A DNA stretch of 64,000 nt from Camelus dromedarius (lineage: Eukaryota). The stretch spans positions 44,766,001-44,830,000 of the forward strand of contig NC_087447.1 of NCBI RefSeq assembly GCF_036321535.1, given 5' to 3'. The notes beneath the pieces were generated by a model that did not search any database, was not told the origin of the DNA, and saw only the letters and a list, made by a program, of their open reading frames with translations. Position numbers and translations under genes: made by a program. This document shows positions 1 to 9,379 of the stretch, piece after piece. Numbering within the stretch: position 1 is the stretch's first letter; the number at the start of each line of letters is the position of its first letter.

Positions 1-138
1 GCTGACTAGCTCAGCCGCCAAGGAATGCCTGTACAGTCAGCAGCATATGCAAAAAGGGGGAAATGGAGCTCTGGGGGCTAAAAATGAACTTGGATATAAA
101 TAACTCGAGTGGGAGAATTCAAAAATTCTGTCCCATTT

Positions 139-270
139 AACAGAATTTCTCAAACCTTCATGTGTATAGTCATTACCTGGGGATCTTGTTAACACACAGG
201 TTCTGACTGAGAAGGTCTGGGGATGGACCTGAGATTCTTCATTTCTAACAACCTCTCAGAGGATGCTGAA
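139..270. mobile_element. MER5-like hAT DNA transposon remnant
   Basis: Typical MER5 wording (ttctcaaacctt...acctggggatcttgttaa...gagattcttcatttctaaca); family assigned from memory. Confidence 0.55.
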
Positions 271-406
271 TCACGCGTTAAGAAGGGAATACACTGAAAA
301 ATAGATAGTAAAGAAGGAAAAATGGAATGAAGGTGGAATGGAGGATTGTAAGTTCAATACTCTCCCCAGGTCCTGTTCTAGGACCACTTCCAGGGAAGGC
401 CTTTTA

Positions 407-711
407 TTTATTTATTTTTTAAAGATTATTTAAAATTTAAAAAATTATTTATTTATTTATTTTACTTTTTTTAAAATTGAGTTAATAGTCATTTTACAAT
501 GTTGTGTCAATTTCCAGTGTAGAGCACAATTTTTCAGTTATACATGAACATATATTCATTGTCACATTCTTTTTTGCTGTGAGCTACCACAAGATCTTGC
601 ATATATTTCCCTGTGCTATACAGTATAATCTTGTTTATCTATTCTGCATATGCCTGTCAGTATCTACAAATTTCAAACTCCCAGTCTGTCTCTTCCCACC
701 CCCTCTCCCCT
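407..711 (-). mobile_element. 5'-truncated L1 3' end with target-site duplication
   Basis: T-rich tail followed by L1 3'UTR sequence; flanks gggaaggcctttta (393-406) and ggggaggcctttta (712-725). Confidence 0.8.
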
Positions 712-844
712 GGGGAGGCCTTTTAGATTCTTTAGCAACTAAATCTCCTTAGAGGAGTCCACTGCAGAATCCCCTTATGAGAACTGTACTGTCTTACTCA
801 TATTAAGTCTGTGGCACAGAGTCAGGGGTAGGGTGTCCTCCCCA

Positions 845-1150
845 CAATTGGAGGGAAGCATCATGGCTCCTGGGAAGTGAAATCCTGGCAGCAGAAGACA
901 GCGGTGTCCTGGGGCAGGGGAAGTGCTCCAGTGAAGAAAACAAGGGCAAGAGCCACATGGGAGCTCATGGAGCGCATGCATGGGATGTCACTGGTGATCC
1001 CCACAATTACATTTCTGGCCAGGAGGGTTCTCAGGGGCATGATGAGAGGCAGAGAAATATGTGACTGCCAAAGAACCAGATGTGTGCTCCCCAAGAGCCA
1101 GTGCTGTGGTACCCAGAGAAGCAGGAACCTCCTGCAGAGAAGGTAACACA
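845..1150 (-). pseudogene. Degraded class I (OR56/OR52-like) olfactory receptor N-terminal fragment
   Basis: Translation FLLLWVP...WQSHISLPL...LLARNVIVGI...LPQDTAVFC, then after a stop and 1-nt slip CF-LQ; resembles OR56-type FLL.CFP..WQHWLSLPL...PKVLAIFW...CFLQM. Confidence 0.4.
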
Positions 1151-4100
1151 GCATCACCCCATCGTGGAAGGAGGCACTTGCCTTTTGGCTTTTCCTTCTT
1201 TCCTGACACTAGAGGGGAAAACTGTAAGAGGGAAGGTGTGGGAGGTATCTGAGAGCCAGTCTTTGTCTCTTTCTCTTCTTCTCTCTACTCCAATAATACA
1301 TATTAAATTTTTTGAATCTTTTTTGTTTTGGTGAATTTGCATGTTTGCAAACTTTGCCCAATTTTCTGCTGTATTTCCTTATTGACTTGTAAGATCTTTT
1401 ACATATAGTAATAAAGTGAGGATTTATTTTGTAAGATTTATTTATATATATGTATTAATACAATGAGAACTTTCTTATGGAAAAAAAACCCAATAGCTTG
1501 AATCTTGGAGGTGATTAGTTATTGGCAGCGGCAATAATGGCAGCAAACAGTTTATCAGTCACTGTTTTCCTGGTAACTGTTAGACGCTTTACAGAGATTC
1601 TTTCATAATCCTCCTCCCAAAGCTATGAGGTCAGAACTCTTACCATTTCAGTTTTATAGGAAAAGGAAACTGAGATTTGAACAGTGTAGACAATTTATTG
1701 AATGAACCACAGCTAGTGAATACTGTCATCAGGATTTGAACCCGAGCACATGCTCTGAAGGAGAAAACAGGAAAGGCGTTAGGGTCTTGAGGATGCAGAG
1801 GATCTTGGAGAAGGGCGTGTGCCAAGACCTCAGGTTAACAGTTATTAAGGCCACAACCCCTTTCTCTCCCTCTTTTTTAAGAGAAATCTTAATGGTGAAA
1901 GATTGCTCTGGGCTAGGTACCAAGCCAAGAGTGGTGAGGGAAACAGACTGGGGTCATGGAGTGTACTGTGTGAAGGAAGTGAGCCACAAACATGAATAAG
2001 CGTCACCTTAAGTACTTGTAGGTGCTATGAAGAAATTCAAAGGGTGAGTAAGAGATACTGGGTGGAGGACAGTTCAGACTACAAGAGTAGGAAAAGATGC
2101 CTCTGAGTGAGAAATTTTAAACAGACACCCACCAAATGAATATAACAAGTTAATCAAATGAAGAGGAGGGGAAAGATCTTTTGGGGCAGAGGAAATTGCA
2201 GATGAAAAAAAAGAACATGTTTCTGATGCAGGATCAAGCAGAACTTTTGAACAAATGAATGATGCTGGAATGAGGCAGGGATCAGAGCAGGCAGGTAAGT
2301 GTTTAAAGTCTCAGGAGGGAATCTTAGGGTCTCTACACGTGATTGGGGTCAATGAGCAAGGGTTTTGGCCTTTGTGGGCAAAAGTTTCAGGGTCTGTCAG
2401 TCGGCTATGAAGTCAGAAAGTGATCCCTGAAGGTGTGGGGATTAACTGATCTTGGGCTTTCTCTGTCTCTGAGGCTCCCAGTCTCACAGGAGAGTTTTTA
2501 AGGTGTCTGCCTCTTCTTCTCACTCATTCTCTCCCTTAATCTGGCCAGATCTTCTACATCTTCAAACTGTCCACTCCCCTCAACCCCTGTCCCCCTGGCC
2601 CTCTATACCTCCCAGCCTTTTGGCACAGTCATTCCCTTGAAGGTATGGAAGGAAGAGCTCAGTTTTCCTGCTTTTACTAAAACCAACATGGGCATTTTCT
2701 ACCTTTCTTACTTTGCTGAAAATTATTTTCCGTTCCTGGAATTCCATCTCCTTTTCCTATTTGCCTGAAAAAATTCTAAAGCTCTAGAGAGAGGTCTAAC
2801 TCAGAGCATACTTCCTCCACAAAGCTTTCCCAGGTCCCCATAGTCAAAGGCCCTATCTTGTCCATTAGTGCCCATCCGATGGGAGCAGAGTATGTTGGCC
2901 TTAAGATGTTTTATGTATGCCTATGTCTTCAAAAGTTCGGGAACCTGTCCAGACATCAGCCATTTTGCATCCACGTTCACAGATCCAGCCTCTGGTCTGG
3001 ATCTGTAGTTTCTTCCCTCCTTTTCCTATAGCAGGAATTACCAATTCACTCACATTCATCAGTGCCTTGGCCAATATTGCAATTCTCACCTCCTAGACAT
3101 ATTTCCACTATTCCATAAAGGTGAGAGTCACCTGGGTGCTTGTTAAAAAGTCAGATCCTTGGGTTTTCCCTTAAACCTAAAGAATCCTATTGTTCAGGTG
3201 AAGAGAAGCAAAAATTGTATTACTAACAATTGCCCCAGGTAATTCTTATGTCAGAATTTCAGAAAATACCACTGAGTATAATTTAGGTCAGGGAATTAGC
3301 AGGTGCACTCTAGGCTGGATGTTTACTCATTCACCTATTTTTTTTTTCCCTGTGGCTGAACAGGTGTTACTGCAATAAGACTTGTTTTTCTGAAGCCTCC
3401 AGCCCTTTAAAAGTGAAGGAAGGAAGTGTGTTTTAGATACAGAAGTATTTCAGTGTGGATGTTTGGAACTGGGAAGAAAGCCTGGGCTGGAGACCTAGAT
3501 TAGAGAGTAAATTTGCATAGAACAGGCCCCAAACCCAAATTTGGGAGAGAATCGGCCCAGGAGTGCTAATACAGACTAGGAGTTGTTAGGTGTTCTATGT
3601 AAGCTCAATATGAACTTAATCCTGACGAGTTCCCCTATAAAGTAGGTTTTGTTATCCATGTTCTGTACGTTAAGAGACAGTTTCAAGAGGTCAAATGAGA
3701 CATGTCATAGAGCTAGTAGGCAGAAAAGCTCCCAAATATAGTGTGCTTGTTTATTCATTTAATAAATATTTATTGTCTCCCATGTACCATGTAACTTTCC
3801 TAAACATAATTTATCCTTTCTCTAGCAGATTTGAAGCTTTTCTCTTTTCCTTTGTTTTTTTAGAATTTCTTTATGATGATTCTAGGTGTTGATTCTTTTA
3901 TGTTTATTGCGATTCATAGAGTTTCTTAAATCCATGGCTTTACTTTCTTGCTAGAAGCTGCCGTAAGCAACTTGCTGTGTGTTTACTAAGAAGACTGAGA
4001 CTTTTGTAACATAACAGTTACCAGAGTGACATGCCATCACTTTGCCGTGTTCTCTGGGTTAGAAGAAAGCCAAAGGTCTCTCTGCCTACACTTAGGGGCA

Positions 4101-5207
4101 CCGGGTATACCTTAGAGCCTGTTCACCAGAGTCTCCTATGAGACTCCCTGCTTTGCCAGCCCCGGCTTTGCTTTCTGTACACTGGGACCCACGATGCTGT
4201 CCAAACACTCTAATCTGGGGAGTATGCAAGTACCTCTGGGTGAAAGCAGCTCCAATGCCTTCTTACTCCTCTTAAATATTCCCTTCACATTTTAGCATGA
4301 TTATTCCTTTTTATTTTATCATCTCTCCATTAATCGTAAGACAATGTTTCTTATTTTTCATTCAGTTTCTCTCTCTCAAGTCATTTGCAGCCAGAGGGTT
4401 GATCGAAATAGCCTAGCTACCATTACTGGAAAAAAGAAGTCCTGACTTAGCGTTTAGAAGATTCACTAGGATTGCCGTTTGAGGAACAGCCTGTAAGAAT
4501 ACAAGCATGGAGGCAGAAAGATAACTTAGTTACTGCAATAATCCTGGTGAGAGATGATAGTGGCTTGGTGTGAGCTGGCAACAGGAGAGAAACCCCAGGC
4601 AGAGGGGGTAAATAATTTAAAAAAATAATAAGCCCTTTAAAAACAAACATTAAAGAGTTTTATATCATCATTTTCTCTCAAGTAAAATAGTTAACGCTGG
4701 GATTGTGCAGAAGCTCATTAGGACTCTGAAATCTACTGGGTTTCTAATGAAAAAAATTCCAGGATTTTTTATGCTTCAGTGGAAATTTATGGTTTCATTG
4801 CAACCACGTCTACCATCATACATACAGTCTAGCTATATATTTTAGAGAACAAGCCCTGAGGTCGTGGGTAATAAAGTTCCACTGACAATATAAAAGATTT
4901 CCCGTTTTTCTGTAGAGAGGACAATGGGGAGGGGCATCTCCATCCTCAGAGGTGGAGGCCTCACAGAGTCCTCAGAGGGAAGTCACTGAAGACTGTAGGC
5001 CCCCATCTGAAAGCACAAAGGTAGAAGAGTGGTGGAGACAGAAGTACCTTCCTAAAGCCCTGCTTTACGTCATGAGTCTCCTCCTTCCTCTCCTGTTCTA
5101 AGCATCGCCTTTACCCACCTCAGGTTCTCAGTATTCTCTCCAGAGAAGGTGGGCCAAGCCTCAAGGGAATTGTTCTTTTTTGGCCCAAACAGTTTTTCTT
5201 TTCTCTG

Positions 5208-5670
5208 CAGCTCTGTGTCTAATAACGCTGTAAATTGCTTTCCTTGTATTGAAACTGTTATAACAGGTCTGTTATCGGTTAATGAATGTGTCCAAAAAGC
5301 TTGCTGTCCTGTATGTCTGATGCCCTTATCTTCTCTATTATTTTCAGCAAATTTTTGAGCAGGTAAATAGGTATCAAAATAATTTGAGCAATTCAAGATT
5401 GCTTAGGAATAATGTAATAAGAAGAGGCATGAACCATAATTTTAATTTCTCCAGTATAATCATTATCAATAACACCAGGTAAAACTGTTAACCCTTTTAA
5501 GCCTACAGATGATCTCCCTATTAGCAATCCAAAATACCCAGAAGGTAAAGGTCCCCAAACTCCAGTAGAGATTAAGTAGGTTTTATTACTGTCATTTATC
5601 AACTCATTATCAATAGTTATTAGATCTAAACTTGTGCTCTGGGGGGAAGCTGTGATGAGGTCAGAAATGG
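5208..5670 (-). pseudogene. ERV pro gene remnant: dUTPase plus start of aspartic protease
   Basis: dUTPase motifs ASPQSTSLDL, GRSS, GVIDNDYTGEI, *IAQ (in-frame TGA at 5393-5395), REDKGIRHT after a frameshift, then protease RPVITVSIQGKQFTALLDT, truncated at the DTG motif. Confidence 0.9.
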
Positions 5671-5737
5671 TGAGATGGGACTTCGGTTGACAGTGATTTC
5701 CTATATTTGTTTTTGAGGGGCACCTGGGAGGGTGCCC

Positions 5738-5805
5738 TGCTTTGAAACAGCCTTTAACAGAATATGGAAATAAATCTTCTGCTGTACTGTCAGCTGCTGT
5801 CCCAT
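5738..5805 (-). pseudogene. ERV gag 5' fragment (matrix start)
   Basis: ATG at 5805 gives MGQQLTVQQKIYFHILLKAVSKQ (myristoylation-type MG start); it joins directly to gag-end/pro-like sequence PGAPQKQI, so most of gag is deleted. Confidence 0.7.
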
Positions 5806-5994
5806 GGTTACATTGCAGTGTGCCTGATAGGCTGAAAATCCCCGATATAAATTTTTCCCCTTACTTACATGTAGTCGCCACGCTGATATCACGTCACTTA
5901 GTAAGCTGTTGCCCCAAATATTACTGGCACGCCTGTTAGACTGAAAAATCCCCCCAAATTTCCCTAGTTCCACTTATGTGTTGCCGAGTCTGAT

Positions 5995-6012
5995 ACCACG
6001 TCGGGGCCACCA
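5995..6012 (-). other. Primer-binding site complementary to tRNA-Trp 3' end
   Basis: TGGTGGCCCCGACGTGGT vs tRNA-Trp PBS TGGTGACCCCGACGTGAT (16/18), 2 nt after the LTR-terminal CA. Confidence 0.8.
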
Positions 6013-6014
6013 TC

Positions 6015-6459
6015 TGTCGGTGGCGCGATATCATGTACACATGAACACCATGCAGAGAGAAGCAAAGCAGTTCTCTGTTTATTGATTCTTAGAAAAGGGT
6101 TTATATAGGACATGCATGATGCCTCACATATCATCTAAGTTATAACAATGTTAATAATCTTAAGCTATTTAGGTCCCCAAGCTCCTGCAGTAAGCACAGG
6201 ATGTTACATGATCAAGGACAGATTGTTTGAAAGTTCATGATGAAACTTCATCAAGTAGGCCATCTCTTACCGTGCCGACTGTGCCTGTCTTAGGTTGTGC
6301 TCCTCTGAGGCTCTTACCCGTCATTGCCTATCCAGCTGTCCATACTGGATACATTCAGTAGGCCATTTCTTATCCAGCCAGCTACGTGACATTCCTCACA
6401 GCTTGTTTATCAGTTCAGCCCATGGCTTATTCTCTACAGCCTTCAGACGGGGGCCTACA
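6015..6459 (-). mobile_element. ERV 5' LTR (445 bp)
   Basis: Starts TGTAGG and ends CCGACA; TATATAAA (6100-6107) closely followed by AATAAA (6078-6083), the short-R layout of betaretroviral LTRs; PBS adjacent. Confidence 0.85.
6284..6326 (-). promoter_or_regulatory. Constitutive transport element (CTE) core / NXF1(TAP)-binding element in LTR U3
   Basis: Minus strand CAATGACGGGTAAGAG-cctcagaggagca-CAACCTAAGACAGG; both blocks match the MPMV/SRV CTE internal-loop strands. Confidence 0.8.
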
Positions 6460-7312
6460 AAGACAGCCTGCAGCTTTGTATTGGGTTTGTGGCCTAAATA
6501 TCTCTCAGATGCTGCTTATATTCTGGGTTTGAGAGGTTGGTGTGGCTCTTGGTGAGGTTCCTTCGGTCACGGGCACTCTGTGTTGCAAACTGTTGGTCTT
6601 CGTGCTTCTTCCCGTTCTCACCATGCCAGCTTCATGTCAGAGGCTCGGCCAGGTTGGTCCGGGTCTCCTTGTTTCAGGTCCTCTGCTGCTCTGCAGTATT
6701 AAGTTGGGGTCTCTAAGGGACCATGCTTAGTTCCTCTGGCAGTCAAAGATTTATATATTTTTTTATATTGAAAAAAGTTTGACCAAATGGTTCAAAATAA
6801 CACCTAGACCTCCACTCTTTTCATAAAATCAAGATTGGCAACCCTTTACTGACTCTGCCCAGATTTCACCCCTGGCCTGAAAGTCCTCCCCCAGCCCCAC
6901 TCCCACAGCTGTGGTTGGACCCCAGCCTTTCTCTCTTACTTCATTTCAAGTCACTTTCCCTGGCCTCGTGGGACCCTCGTTTTCTGAACTCACCAAGGTC
7001 ATTCCTGTCCTAGAGTCTTTCCTCCCCTAGTCCATCTGCCTGGAAAGCTCTTCCCTTAGACCTTCTGGTAGCTGGCCCCTACTCACCATTCCAAAGTCCC
7101 TGAATCCTCCCTTGGGTTCAGGATCAGTAGATTAAATGAACACCTACGTTATTTGGATCCTGCACACCAATTAGAAGAAAGGTTAAACACACTCTGAAAC
7201 AATAGGGAGGGCAGGCAGGCCAGTCTAAGAGACAAGATAGAAGGCTGTAGCCCTGCCTCACTCCTGAAGAACAAAGGAGCAATAGTTTCTCCTGAGCATA
7301 TTTGATACCTCC

Positions 7313-7674
7313 TGTTATGGTCTGAATGTTTGTGTTCTCTCCAAGTTCATAGGCTGAAACCTAACACCCAAGGTGATAGTATCAGATGGTGGGAGGGCCT
7401 TTGGGGATGATTAGATCGTCTGAGCAGAGCCCACATAAATGGGATTAGTGCTAATAAAAAAAAGAAGCCCAAAGCAGCTCTCTTGCCCCTTCCACCAGGT
7501 CAGGTTACAATAAAAAGATGGCTACCTAGGAAGCAGGCTCTCACCAGACACCAAACCAGCCAGCACCTTGGTCTTGGATTTCCCAGCCTGCAGAACGTAA
7601 AAAATAAATTTCTGTTGTTTATAAGTCATCCAGTCTATGATATTCTCTTAGAGCTGCCCAAATGGACTAAGACA
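7313..7674 (+). mobile_element. MLT1A-like MaLR solo LTR
   Basis: tgttatggtctgaatgtttgtg...aataaatttctgttgtttataag...ctaagaca. Confidence 0.8.
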
Positions 7675-8639
7675 GGCTCCCAGTTTCTAAACTGATTATT
7701 ACTCTGAGTAAAGGCAGGCCTGGTAGAGAGGGCTCCACACTGTGGACTCTCAGAGATGCTATAGAGGGACCAGGAGACTAGAGGCCCAAAGTGAGGCGCA
7801 TCTGCCTTTCTGGACGTTCCGGATAAAGAAGAGAGGATGACTTTGGGGTCTGGAGACATATTTTTGTGGGCTCAGCAAGTTATCAGCTCTGTGTTGCCTC
7901 TTGTCACTGAGTCACATCCCGCTACAGTGATCTTTAGTCCAGATTGGCTGATACTGGCTTCAATAAAATCACAACCAATCTGTTGTTTCTACTCAGCCAT
8001 TTTCCCCATCTGTGACTCTGGGCAAGTCATTTCAGCTGTTTTAACTTCTTTGCCTGTGAATACGGGGAAAATGCAACCATCTCAAGATATTAGCGTTGCT
8101 GCAGGGATCAGATTAAGACAAGAGAAGGTGTAAGGATTAATTAAGCATTATGTGAGGAGGAGGTAGGATTATTAACTTGGCGTTTTGCCGGATCACAACC
8201 ATTGCAACCCAAGCCAATAGTTAACAGCAGGTCTTCCAAGTCCTGCTGAGTGGGAGGCCTGCCAGTCTTTAAAATGTATGAGTATCAAGGCTCACCCAGG
8301 CAGCTACTTCTGGGCTCCACAGCAGCACGTGTTTTTCCTGTCTGGTGAGGGCCCTCCTCACTGGAGTAAGTGAGCTCAGAGCTCTCCTCCTACATCCTCC
8401 ATCCCCCCTGCCCCCCCACCCCCCAGCAGATCCATCCTCCATTTCACTTTTCTCTCTTCTTCTTGCCCATCTACTTCCTCTCCCTGTGGATCACTTGCTC
8501 AAACCTCCCCGCCCACACTCTTCCTGGCCCCTTCCTCTCATTACCAGCTTCTTCTATCCTTTTCCCACAGCCTGCGTCTCAGCAGCTGCTCACCCTCCTC
8601 CCGACCCAGGCACTTTTCTTTGTAGGTCCTCCTCCTCTC

Positions 8640-9160
8640 TCTGTCGCGTCCCTGTCCCGAAAGCCCGTCTCAGCCAGCGACACCTCTGTGCGCCAGCCTC
8701 TCTCCCTCCTCTCGTCTCAGCAGTTCCTGGCCTCAGCCATTTCCTGTGCGTGCTGCGGGTTCTCTTCGGCAGACTTCGCAAGTTCAAAGCTGGCAGGAGC
8801 GCACCGGCTCCGTGTGTACCCAAGGCTGGGGGTCCCGGGGGCGGGGCCCCGGGGGCGGGCGGTGCCGCACACCGGAGAAGCGCGCAGATCGCATCCCCCC
8901 GCCCCGGGCTCGCCCAAGGAAGGTGACCTGCAGGTTGGTACCAACTGGAATTCGACGTCTTGCGTGTCGTGTGTGGCAGGGCCTGGCGCTGAACCACCTC
9001 CCATGGGCACACATCACAGTCCTCCAGAACTGGCTTGGGTCGTCTCTCCTTCAGGCCCTGCCCTTGAGACGACTGACTGGGAGGCAGCGTGGACCAGGCA
9101 GAGACCACCCGAGCGGGACCCAGTATTCATGCGTGGGAGCGTCCTCCTTGCGCATGCTCT
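8640..9160. promoter_or_regulatory. Orphan CpG island about 5 kb past the CCKBR 3' end
   Basis: Dense CpG, GC boxes (ggggcgggg near 8837-8860), NRF1-like TGCGCATGC near 9149; no recognisable coding exon. Confidence 0.55.
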
Positions 9161-9379
9161 CTCTGTAGAATAACTGATTTTATAATTATTTTTATGACTG
9201 TGAAATTATAATATCATAATTAAAGTGATTATTTGAGGCATGCATTTAATATGCTGCTGGTGAAATTATCCTTCCATCAGCACCAGCTGTATTTGCTCCC
9301 TTAGAGGCCAAAATTCACCTCCCAAAGCAGCCCATCCGGTGCTGGATAATTCAACAAACTAAGCAGAGGCCTAGGGCAC

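Larger units (their letters stand above)
4994..6459 (-). mobile_element. Internally deleted class II (betaretrovirus-like) endogenous retrovirus with inverted termini
   Basis: LTR-PBS-leader-gag fragment-dUTPase/protease on the minus strand; TG...CA ends; AAGAC at 4989-4993 and 6460-6464. Confidence 0.9.

Noticed and set aside
4994..6459. Autonomous DNA transposon (TIR + TSD)
   Set aside because: No transposase; the interior is retroviral and the TIR equals the LTR U3 tip
8345..9173. Long overlapping ORFs (267, 193 and 172 aa)
   Set aside because: Non-ATG starts, low-complexity composition and stop-poor GC-rich DNA; no recognisable domain
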